NCBI GenBank assembly: GCA_032718475.1 | Contig: JAUCBJ010009003.1 | Location: forward strand, 1-58,755 | DNA length: 58,755 nt | From: Nemertoderma westbladi | Taxonomy: Eukaryota > Animalia > Xenacoelomorpha | Direction of reading: 5' to 3' | Made by a program: the position numbers and the translations under genes | Shown: piece by piece, positions 1-13,100 of the stretch | Position numbering within the stretch: the first letter of the stretch is position 1 | Layout: each line of letters begins with the position of its first letter | The notes under the pieces: model-generated | What the model was told of the DNA's origin: nothing | Database searches by the model: none | What the model saw: the letters and a program-made list of their open reading frames with translations, nothing else

Positions 1-1
1 C

Positions 2-550
2 GACGCCACATTTACTACACATCGTATTGGCAGGGTACCACACTCGTTCGTATATAAGATCTCCAATCGGTCGAGCGCTTCCTCCCATACTATAATCGTA
101 ATCATCTGGGTCTATGGGTTGGTAGGTTTCTGAAGGTTGTATACAAACTATAGCATCTGTTGCTTCAAGTTGTCGAATCTCCGTCTGAGATTTCTTCGGG
201 AGGTTCCTTTCTATCTCAAGAAGTTCCTCTAAAGGATCGTCGGTGATCGTAGTAGTTACTTCGAAATCATCACCAAGGTGACCGATAGGCGCGCGCGTCT
301 GCCGTGATTCATCCATAATCTCCACGATACGTTCTCCTTCATAGGGTAACAATGTAAACATAGATGGTCTTTCGATAAGAGATCCCGCACAGCGAAGATA
401 CACGTCTCGAAATATACTAAATCCTGCTCGAGTAAAGGCATTGCTGTCTTTGCGAGCTTCGCTGTACTTTCTGATAATTCCTTTATACCAAATATAGTGT
501 AGTCCTTGGCTCCAAATCTTTCGAATGGCGCTGCTGCCTCCTCTTGGATA
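2..550 (-). CDS. Putative accessory ORF B, overlapping ORF A in another frame and running off the window edge
   Basis: Manual translation: 183 stop-free codons, first ATG at 361, ending ...RVWYPANTMCSKCGV. Absent from the ORF track because it has no stop in the window. Confidence 0.4.
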
Positions 551-591
551 TCATATCCCCATCTCGGCTCTCTTTGTATCCCTTTCTCCAT
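256..591 (-). CDS. Putative accessory ORF A downstream of BEL pol (111 aa from ATG 591; frame open from 699), function unknown
   Basis: ORF track 256..699; lies in the element's post-pol region; no family recognised. Confidence 0.3.
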   Translation of the reverse strand: MEKGIQREPRWGYDIQEEAAAPFERFGAKDYTIFGIKELSESTAKLAKTAMPLLEQDLVYFETCIFAVRDLLSKDHLCLHCYPMKENVSWRLWMNHGRRARLSVTLVMISK

Positions 592-1254
592 AATTAGAGG
601 TGTAGTTACATAATCATTACTACTAGAGGGAATACAACAGAGTTTGTGGTTAGTTGTGAGGAGACGTGAGAGTTTCGTCTGCCTTTTGGGCTTCGACAAC
701 GCTCTAACCTCCTACCCATAGCCTAAGATCTAGGGTTTCTTTAATGACACGCTGCTTCTTATCTAAAATTTTTTGCCGAAATAAAAACGAATTTGGGCTA
801 AACTGGCCGTGAGTCTAAAATACTCACTTTTTGATCCCAAACTATTATCAGAAAATAAGCAGTCAAGAATTAGTAATAAATATAGGGGAGTCTATTTATT
901 GACGTAACTTATTGAAACAAGACCGTGTAAAATTTAATTAAAAATTTTAAGAAAGGCTCGCAAGTCTTCCTCTCTTGTTTCTCTAATTTTAAGTTCCACC
1001 CGACTGTACCCTGAAATCTATTCACTGGAGAAAATTTTAAAAATTTTTCAAATCCAAATGGATTGTCTAAAATTTCGAAAATGTCTCAATATTGTGAGTT
1101 CCAAGTAGAATTCCATTTCTTATACCTACAAATCCCGCTCCTATGTGACACATAAGGGTACTACCCTCAATGTTCACATATAAAGACAATGGAATTCTAC
1201 CGCTGTCCTTACTACGGTGTACAGGTACGTGGAAATCTATTTGTAAACTCCTAA

Positions 1255-4200
1255 TTATTTACTAGTATTAGGTGGAGATTTGTAATCTCCAGACTCGTTA
1301 CGAGTCTCTTCAAGAAGTACGAGACGTTGAGTCGGTCTGTCTACTGTACGACCGTCAATTGTCCGTACCGTCACAGTTCTTGTCACTCCATCCATAGATG
1401 GATGTGTGGCTAAAATTACACCTGTTATCCAGAAGCGTCTTTTTAGATTCACTTCCGCTAACAGCACGTGATCTCCCGGCTTTAATGCGCGGGTGTTATT
1501 GTACCAAGTTGTTCTGGCAGAAATAGAGGGCAAATAATGGTTTTGCCATATTTCCCAGAATTTGTTAGCCAGTAGTTGCGTGATTTTCCACGCTTTTCTA
1601 CCGTAGCTGTCGCTTTCTATTGGAATAGAAATAGGTATTAATGTGGTCGGTGCCTGCATAAGCAGGTGTGCCGGTGTCAAAGCAAACTGAGATTGTTTGT
1701 CATCGGGTACTAATACTATTGGTCTAGTATTTAGTATTGCCTCGATTTCAACAAACAATGTTGTCAGTTGGTCGTCTGTCAGTATGTGGTTTACTGGAAT
1801 GACCTTTGCCATGGCTGTCTTGATAGATCTAATCAGTCTCTCCCAGACTCCGCCTCTCCATGGACTATCTGGAGGATTAAACTTCCAAACAATCTTGTGA
1901 GGTTGTAGTTCGTTCGAGATTTGATCGTGATCTAATTTCTTAAAGGCTCTAGCAATCTCATTCCGAGCACCAACAAAGTTTGTCCCTTGGTCTGAGTACA
2001 AGCATTTTACTAATCCGCGTCTAGCGATAAATCGCCGCAATGCTAGTATAAACGCGTTGGTGGAAAGATCCATCACACGTTCAATGTGAACTGCCCTACT
2101 GGACATACATGTGAAAATCAGTCCCCAACGTTTTACTAGTATACGTCCACGTTTCGTATGTATGGGACCAAAGCAATCAATTCCAGTCTCTGTAAAAGGT
2201 GGTCTGAATGCTTGAAGTCGTGCTTGTGGTAATTCACTCATTTCTTGGGTACCTATTCTAGAATGTACCTTTTTACAAATAATACACGTACGTGTCACTG
2301 AACTTAATGCTTTACTGGGTCTAATTAATACAAATCTAGTACGTAAGTAGGAAAGACAGTGGTGTCTTCCAGCGTGTTTCAGATGTAAATGTGCGTCCAG
2401 TATCATTGCACGTTGTAGTTCGTGATGTTGCGGTATTATTATTGGGTACCTAAAGTTTGTGTTAAAGTCAATGTTTTGAAGCCGAGATTTATGACAAATT
2501 AAGCCATTATAAATAATCGGACTCCAACTCAGTATTGGTGACGACTTGATTGGTTGACCTTGATGTATAGATGTGAATTCGCGCGCGAAATATCGCAGTT
2601 GGTAATGGCGAATTAATTTAATCTCACACCTGTCAATCTCAGCCAATGTAAGTCGACGTGTAAAGTCACGTTTGCCTTTTACGTATTGTACAAAACGTAC
2701 AATCCACGCTAATTTTCGGCAAGCGTTTGTCCAAGAATCTGTTAGGTTTACAATCCGGTCGACGTGAGTATTTGTGACGTCATCAGGTAAGTCAATGGAG
2801 ATTTTGGAAGGTTTTGAATTACTAGAAGGGCCCACGGGTCCGCCGGTAAGTATTCCCTTGTTGACTGTTGATCCGTCCGGGTCTACAAGTAATTTGTTCT
2901 TCTTCGTCTTCTTACCTTGATCGTTAGTACTTTGTAAGTCGATCGTTAATGGTGGTTTGAACTCTATGGGGTCAGCAGGTTTCGGTAAACTTATTTTCCT
3001 GCCGACATTAATCCCAGGTCTCACCATAGGTTGCAAGTTTGGTATGTCTCTTGAGCGCAAAGTAACACCTGTATTTACATTAGCGTAGGTACTACCCACA
3101 TCTGTAATACATGAGGTTTCACCGTGCTTATGGTTGCTCAAGCGTGTCAAAATTGGTAGTTTGTCGATACAAGGCCGCTCCAATAGAGAAACTGCGGCTT
3201 TACTGTTTGTCAATACATTACTAATGTCCGGTAGAACATTTTGTGATGTTTCTGACAAAATGTCTAGTCGACTGTCTAGTAATGTGTCTGGCGATACGTC
3301 TGGTAACGTATCTGGTTGTTTGTCAATAGAAGGCCGCTCCAATAGGGAAACTGCGGCTTCACTATTTGTCAGTACGTTACTAATGTCTAGTCGACTGTCT
3401 AGTAATGTGTCTGGCGATACGTCTGGTAACGTATCTGGTTGTTTGTCAATAGAAGGCCGCTCCAATAGGGAAACTGCGGCTTCACTATTTGTCAGTACGT
3501 TACTAGTGTCTAGTCGACTGTCTAGTAATGTGTCTGGCGATACGTCTGGTAACGTATCTGGTTGTTTGTCAATAGAAGGCCGCCCCAATAGAGAAACTGC
3601 GGCTTTACTGTTTGTCAGTGTGTTACTAGCGTCTGGTAGAACATTTTGTGATATGTCTGGTAAAATGTCTGGTTGGCTGTCTAGTAACGTGTCTGGTTGA
3701 CCGTCTGGCGATATGTCTGGTGTAGAAAGGCTCGCAAGTCTTCCGGCGTTATCATCTGTCGTCGATGGAATCTCTGGCTGACTCGCCTTCTTCCCAAGTT
3801 CTAAACTCCGCTGGTGGATTAGCTGCTTCTTGCGACTTATCATACTAGTTACACGTCTGTCATGTTTTGTCGAATGTAGTGTAGTATGGTCCACGTCGCG
3901 TGAAAAGGAATGAATTGAATTTGTAGTTAATAAACTACATGTACTCTGTACATCGTCTTCCTCGTCACTTACGTCTAGTGTGCGCACAGGCGCTCGAGTA
4001 TACCACCCTATCGGCGTTCTGCAGGCGTATGCGTTTCCCGCTACAACTGCCGATGGTCTGGTTTCCCACACCTGATGTAGGTTGAATTGGTCTGTCCCGA
4101 TCAGCATGGCTACCGATCTATAATTGACTGGACATTCGGGTACACCTAGGTGTCTGAAATACTTACGGTCCTCTAGAGATTGTTTCGGCACTGGACCTAG

Positions 4201-6815
4201 TAGATTACTAAAGTCCTTCGTGGCCGCAAAGGTTAGATCTTTAAAGGGCAACAAAGACCTCTCCCTCTCGCTGTGCTGCGATTTCGGAAGAAGAGAGTCT
4301 AAGTCCAACTTAACTCGTGTCACTGGTATTGCACGCTGTCCGTGCATACTACTTACGGTATAACTGACGTGCTTACCTTGTTTAAGATCCGTCACTACGT
4401 CAGCTATCTTTTCATCCACGTAGCTATGAGATGAGGCTGAATCTAGAATAGCGTAGATTCTTTTACTCCCCTTTGTGCCGGTGATCTTAATCGGGATTAC
4501 ACTGAATCCCTTCAGTTGGTCAGTGGTCAGAAGCGCGATCGACGGTTGTTCGTCTCCATTGGAATATTCGTCGTCTTCTGATTCTTCGTCCGACGATCCG
4601 GATTGTTCTGAGAAACAATCCTCAATATGGGTCACGAAGGTTGGAGTCGTTTTCGATTCTCGTTTTCGGTAAGCCGCATCACATCTCGCTGCTGCTTCCG
4701 GGTGTTCCCTGGCGAAGCGTTTTGTCGGCGTGTGGCTGTCTGTGTGGAGCAGACCGTCGTGGTTGCGTCCACAGGATGGACAAGTGTCGGTATTTGGGCA
4801 ATCTTTACGGACGTGTCCGTGTCGCGTACACCGCCAACAAGAGTCCAATGGCCGTATTTGCAGCCGTCGTTCTTCCGAGTTCAACTCGCGAAATTGTCGA
4901 CAACCTCGTAACTTGTGACCGATATACCGCTTGCCTAGATGCTCGCAGTATTGGCAGCCGCTGAAGTCGGTACTGAGTTGTTGTCTCGTCTGTTTTGTCC
5001 CAATGGGCGCAGATACCCTACTACCGTCCGAGAATTGTCGTGATTCCGTCGGTGTGGTGTAAGTGGCCGTCTTAGTGGATGTTGTCTGGGGTTTTTGTCG
5101 GTTGGAGGATGGCAATGTGATCCCTTCTGCCACGATGTGCTGGTCGGTGTAGTTAGATCGAGTTTCTACTACCGCCTCCCTGGATATTAAAAGGTACACA
5201 TCTTCTAATTTTAAGAATCCTCCCCGCTCTTCTCGCTGGTATTCGACCTTCCTCCACTCCCGACGAAGTCGATGGTGGAGTCGTCCTATGATCTTTAATA
5301 GGACTGTAGGGGTATTCCCGTAATCAAGTTGTCCAATGGATCTTAAAGTTGTGATAGCGTTCTTGATCTCGTCAGCTAGTTTTAATAAGTCGACGGGTTT
5401 AGTGATAGCCCCTCCCTTACAGAGTTCCTCTATTACTGACCTGGCCATACTAACTGTACCTCCGTATATCGAAGTTAAACGATCGTACGCTAGTTCGAAG
5501 GCGTCCGGTACACCAACGAAGGTCTCTGCCAAACGTTTAGGTTCTCCTGACAACGTTTGAAGCAGGTAATTGAACTTCTCCCGTGATGTAAAGGCGCACA
5601 CGGCGATCTGGGATTCGATATAGTCTACGAAAGTATGCCAGTGTTTTGAGCTACCGGAAAACTTCGGTGGTTGTTGTACCGGCAATCCCTGTCTGGCTGC
5701 GAATTTCGCTATCTCCTCGGCAACGTTCAGAGTTTCGCGTCCTTGGTTGGTAACTTGGTTGATATCCCTTCTTGGCGCTTTTCCCTGATACGATGTGGGG
5801 TTTGAAGGTACCGGTCTTTGTGGATCCTTCGGGTGGCTATTGTGTTCAAATTCGGTGTTCCTCGAACTATCGGTTTCAACTTCCTCCAAGCGTTCCTCAA
5901 TCTGGGCCAACTTATTGACAACTGGTCGCAGAATGTCGGCGAATTGTTGTGTACTGATCGCGTCTGTTGGTTGTAACGCCTTTTGTGTTGGTGTACTCTG
6001 TGGAGGATTGTCGATAAATGAATTATCCGAACGCTCACGTTTACATTTGTCGGCCGCTCCTGTTCTAAATACCTCGCGTTCCGGGTAATCCGACTCGCTC
6101 GAAGTACTACTGTCACCTGGATACGGTGGTCGACGTGCTCGAGTCCGTTGCGCCGTTCGAATCCTAACATTCCGTTTCGGAACATCGTCTACTGGTTTCC
6201 GTTGCTCGGTAGGCTCACAAGTCTTCCTCGAAGTCGTAGATTGCAATGTAAACTGGTTAAACGATCGCGTATCCACTGGTCTCCGTTGTTCGGTAGGCTC
6301 ACAGGTCTTCCTCGAAGTCGTAGATTGTGATGTAAACTGATTAAACGGTCGCGTATCCACTGGTCTCCGTTGTTCGGTAGGCTCGCAGGTCTTCCTCGAA
6401 GTCGTAGATTGCGATGTAAACTGAACCGGTGGTCGTGTGACAGCGTTTGAATCTAAAGGCCTTGTAGGCCTAAACGTCATTGGGTAAGCGTAGTGCATAA
6501 CGGGTTTTGGTGTCGAAGGTGGACTCACCTGTTTTGTCGTTAGTAGTGCAGGTCCGGTCAATAAACTACTACGATCGGTAATCGGTGGGTTACTTACCTT
6601 GACTTTCGGAATAGGCGACGACGTTGCTCTTGGCGGTGTAAACTCGTCCGGAATAACAAACCTGTGTTCCGTCGCACCATGGATAGGAGAAATGTTACTA
6701 CTACCCGCAATCGAAACAGGTTCCTTAGTCGTAACCGGTGCAAACATATGAGTTACCTGTGGGAATCGTTGACACAAGTCCTTTACTAATTGTCGTTCCC
6801 GTCCGGGTGCTCCTA
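1255..6815 (-). CDS. BEL Gag(C-terminal part)-protease-integrase polyprotein, uninterrupted, with no RT or RNase H
   Basis: ORF 1255..6840. Its first ~9 codons come from the rearrangement junction. The post-protease linker ...DDNAGRLASLST joins directly to PDISPDGQ..., which in copy B follows RNase H. Confidence 0.88.
3170..3720 (-). repeat. In-frame ~123-bp (41-aa) tandem repeats upstream of integrase in copy A (~4 units)
   Basis: tggtaacgtatctggttg at 3301, 3424, 3547; peptide SNVLTNSEAAVSLLERPSIDKQPDTLPDVSPDTLLDSRLD. Confidence 0.9.
6190..6425 (-). repeat. Three 84-bp (28-aa) tandem repeats in BEL gag (also at ~13945-14180 in copy B)
   Basis: QFTSQSTTSRKTCEPTEQRRPVD x3; period 84 nt (6211, 6295, 6379). 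Confidence 0.9.
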
Positions 6816-7174
6816 GACCGTGTAAAACCGTGTAAAACAAGACCGTGTAAAATTTAATTAAATTTTAAGAAAGGCTCGCAAGTCTTCCCTTCTTGTTTCT
6901 CTAGTTTTAAGTTCCACCCGACTGTACCCTGAAATCTATTCACTGGAGAAAATTTTTTAAAAATTTTTCAAATCCAAATGGATTGTCTAAAATTTCGAAA
7001 ATGTCTCAATATTGTGAGTTCCAAGTAGAATTCCATTTCTTATACCTACAAATCCCGGTCCTATGTGACACATAAGGGTACTACCCTCAATGTTCACATA
7101 TAAAGACAATGGAAATCTACCGCTGTCCTTACTACGGTGTACAGGTATGTGGAAATCTATTTGTAAACTCCTTA

Positions 7175-10100
7175 CTATTTACTAACATTTGTTGGAGACT
7201 TGTTTCGTCCAGACTCGTTTCGCGTCTCTTCAAGAAGTACGAGACGTTGTGTCGGTCTGTCTACTGTACGACCGTCAATTGTCTGTACAGTCACAGTTCT
7301 TGTCACTCCATCCATAGATGGATGTGTGTCTAAAATTACACCTGTTATCCAGAAGCGTCTTTTTAGATTCACTTCTGCCAACAGCACGTGATCTCCCGCT
7401 CTTAAAGCGCAAGTTTTGTTGTACCAAGTTGTTCTGGCAGAAATAGAGGGCAAATAGTGATTTTGCCATATTTCCCAGAATTTGTTAGCCAGTAGTTGCG
7501 TGATTTTCCACGCTTTTCTACCGTAGCTATCGCTTTCTATTGGAATAGAAATAGGCGTTAATGTGGTCGGTGCCTGCATAAGCAGGTGTGCCGGTGTCAA
7601 AGCAAACTGGGATTGATTGTCATCGGGTACTAATACTATTGGTCTAGTATTTAGTATTGCCTCGATTTCAACAAACAATGTTGTCAGTTGGTCATCTGTC
7701 AAGATGTGGTTTACTGGAATTACTTTTGCCATGGCTGTTTTTATAGATCTAATCAATCTCTCCCAGACTCCGCCTCTCCATGGACTATCTGGAGGATTAA
7801 ACTTCCAAACAATCTTGTAAGGACGTAGTTCGTTTGAGATTTGATCATGATCTAATTTCTTAAAGGCTCTAGCAATTTCATTTCGAGCACCAACAAAGTT
7901 TGTACCTTGGTCTGAGTACAAGCATTTTACTAGTCCGCGTCTAGCGATAAATCGCCGCAATGCTAGTATAAACGCGTTGGTGGAAAGATCCATCACACGT
8001 TCAATATGAACTGCCCTACTGGACATGCATGTGAAAATCAGTCCCCAGCGTTTTACTAGTATACGTCCACGTTTCGTATGTATGGGACCAAAGCAGTCAA
8101 TTCCAGTCTCTGTAAAAGGTGGTCTGAATGCTTGAAGTCGTGCTTGTGGAAGTTCACTCATTTCTTGGGTACCTATTCTAGAGTGTACCTTTTTACAAAT
8201 AATACACATACGCGTCACTGAACTTAACGCTTTACTGGGTCTAATTAATACAAATCTTGTACGTAAGTATGAAAGACAGTGGTGTCTTCCAGCGTGTTTC
8301 AGATGTAAATGTGCGTCCAGTATCATTGCACGTTGTAATTCGTGATGTTGTGGTATTATTATTGGGTACCTAAAATCAGTATTAAAGTCAATGTTTTGAA
8401 GCCGAGATTTATGACAAATTAAGCCATTATAAATAATCGGACTCCAACTCAATATTGGTGACGACTTGATTGGTTGGCCTTGACTTATAGATGTGAATTC
8501 GCGCGTGAAATATCGCAATTGATAATGGCGAATTAATTTAATTTCACATCTGTCAATCTCAGTCAATTTGAGTCGACGCGTAAAGTCGCGTTTGCCTTTA
8601 ACGTATTGTACAAAACGTACAATCCACGCTAATTTTCGGCAAGCGTTTGTCCAAGAATCTGTTAGGTTTACAATACGGTCGACGTAAGTATTTGTGACGT
8701 CATCAGGTAAGTCAATGGAGAATTTGGAAGGTTTTTGTTTTACTAGATGGGCCCACGAGTCCGCCGGTAAGTATTCCCTTGTTGACTGTTGATCCGTCTG
8801 GGTCTACAAGTAATTTGTCCTTCTTCGTCTTCTTACCTTGATTGTCAGTACTTTGTGCGTCGATCCCTAATGGTGGTTTTAACTCTATGGGATCACTGGG
8901 TTTCGGTAATTTTGTTTTTCTGCCGATATTAATCCCAGGTCTCACCGTAGGTTGTAAGGTTGGTATGTCTCTTGAGCGTAAAGTAACACCTGTATTTACA
9001 TTAGCGTAGGTACTACCCACATCTGTAATACATGAGGTTTCACTGTGCTTATGGTTACTCAAGAGTGTTAATTTTGGTAGTTTGTCAATACAAGGCCGCT
9101 CCAATAGGGAAACTGCGGCTTTACTGTTAGTCAATACATTACTAATGTCTGGTAGAACATTTTGTGACATGTCTGGTAAAATGTTTCGCGGAACATCTGG
9201 CGAAATATCTAGTGACATGTCTGGCAAAATGTCTAGTTGACCGTCTGGTAACGTGTCTGGTTGTTTGTCAATAGAAGGCCGCTCCAATAGAGAAACTGCT
9301 GCTTTACTATTTGTCAATATGTTACTAGTGTCTGGTAGAACATTTTGTGACATGTCTGGTAAAATGTTTCGCGGAACATCCGGCGAAATATCTAGTGACA
9401 TGTCTGACAAAACGTCTGGTTGACCGTCTGGCGATATGTCTGGTGTAGAAAGGCTCGCAAGTCTTCCGTTCTTGACTTTGGAAGTTATATCTTTCCATTT
9501 CGCCTTCGGTTTTTTCTAGAGTTTAGCCGCCATCCTTTTCTTTGCTTTCCCTTTCTTTGGTTTTTTAATTTCGGCGTCTTTAGGGATAGTGTTAGTACTG
9601 GTTTGTACTGATCTTTGCAAGAATTGTGGTCCGTGTTGCCAAAATTCTTTGTTCTCCGGTTTACAGAATTCCTCAGGCATCATTCCTCGCGACGCAATAT
9701 CAGCTGGATTTTGTGGTCCGGGACAATGTCGCCAATCTTCCTTTATTGAACGGTCCAAGATTTCCGCACGACGGTTAGCCACAAATGTCTTGAATTCAAG
9801 TGTGTCGTTGTTTATATAAAACAAAACTAACGTCGCGTCAGTCCAATAAAATATCTGTAAACTTGACTGTAATTCTGTCTGTATAAGGTTTACAATGGTC
9901 GTTGACAGAGTTGCGGCTTGTAGCTCAGCGCGTGGTGTCGTCATATACTTAGTAGGCATGGTCTTAGCCTTAGAAGTAATGAGCGAAACATCAAACTCGT
10001 CTGAATCTACTTGTCTGCGCAAATACGCTGTCACACCAAAGCCGTTGTTGCTGGCGTCTGAAAAACAATGTAATTCTAAGTTGTCAGGAAATGTCGTTTG

Positions 10101-13100
10101 TAATGGAAAGTACACTCGGGGTATGGAATAATCTTCTAGCGAAGATAATTGCGCCTCCCAAGTCTTCCATAACTCCACTTGTTCGGATGAGATCGGTTCG
10201 TCCCATGTCAGTCCATCTTTCCAAATACTGCGCATATATATTATTGCTTGCAGTATTATTGGGCTGATGAAACCTAAAGGGTCAAACAGTCTGCTTAGTT
10301 TCGACAAGCAAGACCTCTTTGTCAGATAATCCCCTTCAGCGTCCAGTTTTACCTTCACTCGAAAGTTGTCTGTGTTCGGGTCCCAAAATAGTCCCAACAC
10401 CTTGGTCGTCGGCAGTGGTTCGAACTCTAAGTCAATGTCCCCACCCCCACGTTCAGTCGTTTCGAATGAATTTACTAATTCGGTGCTGTTTGAGGCGAAC
10501 TTGGTGAGGTTAAAACCTCCGCCCGCTAAGCAGTCCCGTAATTGATGTGCTACTGTGATAGCACGTTCTACTGTATCACAACTTTGTAACCCATCGTCTA
10601 CGTAAAAGTCTCGTTCTAGGATCTGGATTATCTCTGGGTCATACATATGTTTCTGGTCCCTAGCGGTCTGCTTTAGGGCGTACATAGTACAGTTTGGGCT
10701 GTCTCTGGCACCGAAAACCCGAACTTGCATTTGGTAAGTCGCCGGTGGTAGACTTAAGTCTACTTCCGGGTACCAGAGGAACCTCAAACTGTCTCTGTCT
10801 CGCTCTAACGCTCGCACTTGGTGAAACATAGCTTCGACGTCACAAGTAAAGGCTACCTGGCGTTGACGGAAGCGCATAATCACCCCCATGAGATAATTAT
10901 TCATGTTTGGTCCATCCATCAACTCACTGTTGAGAGACATTCCTTCAAACAGGGCCGCGCAGTCGTTAACTACGCGTACTTTATCAGGTTTGTCGGGGTC
11001 TCTCACGTAGTGATGTGGCAAATAGTATGTCTGGTCTGTCACAATCTCTGGGTTTGTCATCCTGATAGCGTACCCTTTTGTCAAATACGTCTCCATCTGA
11101 GTATTGTACTGCAGATGGGCTTTCTCGTCTTTCAATAAACGTTGTCGTATTGAGTGTAGACGTCTTAAGGCTAGCGGATAATTATTGATAAGTTTAGGGC
11201 TTTGGCTACGCCATAGCATCCCTACCTCATAATGTCCGTCTTTCGTCTGGCGGATAGTATCTTCCATGATCTTCAAAGATTGTTTCTCTTGTTCCGACAT
11301 ACACGGTTCGTAACTACCGGGTTCTGCTGTATCTTGTTCTAACCACCTGATAGTTTTCTCTGTTAATTCTTTGTCTAGTTCAGCTTGTTCCACTTGACAA
11401 TTCTTTAATGTGTCGACATCGATATCGACGGGCATCGTTAATGTTATTGTAGATAGACTCGCAAGCCTTCCGGCGTTATCATCTGTCGTCGATGGAACCT
11501 CCGCTTGACTCGTCTTCTTCTCACGCTCTATACTAACCTTATGGACAGGTTGCTTTCTGTGACTTATCGTATTCGCTACACACGTCGTACCTGTAACGTT
11601 GTCGTGTTTTGTCGAACGTAGTGTAGTATAGTCTATGTCAGGTGAAAAGGAATGAATCGAAGTTGTAGTTAGTAAACTACATGTACTTTGTACATCGTCT
11701 TCCTCATCACTTATATCCAGTGTGCGCACAGGCGCTCGAGTATACCACCCTATCGGAGTTCTACAGGCGTAAGCGTTTCCCGCTACGACTACCGATGGTC
11801 TGGTTTCCCACACTTGATGTAGGTTGAATTGGTCCGTCCCGATCAGCATTGCTACCGACCTATAGTTGACAGGACATTCAGGTACACCAAGGTGTCTGAA
11901 ATACTTACGGTCCTCTAGGGATTGCTCCGGCACTGGACCCAGTAGGTTACTAAAGTCCTTGGTGGCCGCAAAAGTCAAATCCTTAAAGGGTAACAAAGAC
12001 CTCTCCTTTTCGCTATGTTGCGATTTCGGAAGAAGAGTGTCCAAGTTTAACTTAACTCGTGTCACTGGTATTGCACGTTGTCCATGCATACTACTCACAG
12101 TGTACTTAACGTGCTTACCTTGTCTAAGGCCCGTCACAACGTCAGCTACCTTCTCATCCACGTAGCTGTGAGATGAGGCTGAATCTATGATAGCGTAGAT
12201 CCTTTTGCTCCCTTTGGTGCCAGTGATCTTAATAGGAATTACGCTGAAACCTTTTAGTTGATCAGGCGTCAGAAGAGCGATCGATGGTTGTTCGTCTTCA
12301 TCCGAATATATGTCTTCGTCTTCAGATTCTTCTCCAGAAGAACCGGATTGTTCTGGGAAACAATCCCAAATATGTGTCACAAAGGTTGGCGTTGTTCTCG
12401 ATTAGCGTGTTTTGTATGCGCTATTGCATTTTGCTGCAGCTTCCGGGTGTTCCCTGGTGAAGCGTTTGGTCGGCGTATGACTGTCTGTGTGGAGCAGACC
12501 GTCATGGTTGCGTCCACAGTAAGGACAGGTGTCCGTATTTGGGCAGTCCTTACGGACATGTCCATGTTGTGTACACCGCCAACAAGAATCTAACGGTCTT
12601 ATTTGAAGCCGTCGTTCCTCTGAGTTTAATTCACGGAATAGTCGACATCCCTTTAAGTTGTGGCTAGTATGTCGCTTACCAATCCGTTCGCAATATTGGC
12701 AACCGCTGAAGTCGGCAGTTAGTTGTTGTCTGGTCTGTTTGGTCCCTATAGGTGCAGACACTTTACTACCGTCTGAAAATTGTCGGGTTTCGGTCGGTGT
12801 AGCGTAGGTGACCGTCTTTGTGGATGTCGTTGGTGGTTTCTGTCTGTTTGATGAAGGTAGGGTGATTCCTTCGGCTACGATGTGTTGGTCCGTGTAGTTC
12901 GAACGAGTCTCCACTACTGCCTCTCTAGATATTAATAAGTACACATCTTCTAGTTTTAAGAATCCACCTCTCTCTTCCCGCTGATATTCGATTTTTCGCC
13001 ACTCCCGACGAAGTCGATGGTGCAATCTTCCTATTATTTTCAATAGGACTGTGGGAGTGTTCGCGTAGTCAAGTTGTCCAATTGAGCGTAGTGTAGTAAT

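Larger units (their letters stand above)
1..6815 (-). mobile_element. BEL/Pao LTR retrotransposon copy A: 5'-truncated, lacks RT-RNaseH, 3' part runs off the left window edge
   Basis: Three BEL-type Cys/His knuckles (CQYC..H..C, CWRCTRHGHVRKDC, CPSCGRNHDGLLH), protease ILDSASSHSYV, integrase GIDCFGP..YSDQGTNF..GGVWERLI. Collinear with copy B up to 6815 (= 14571 in copy B). Confidence 0.93.
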
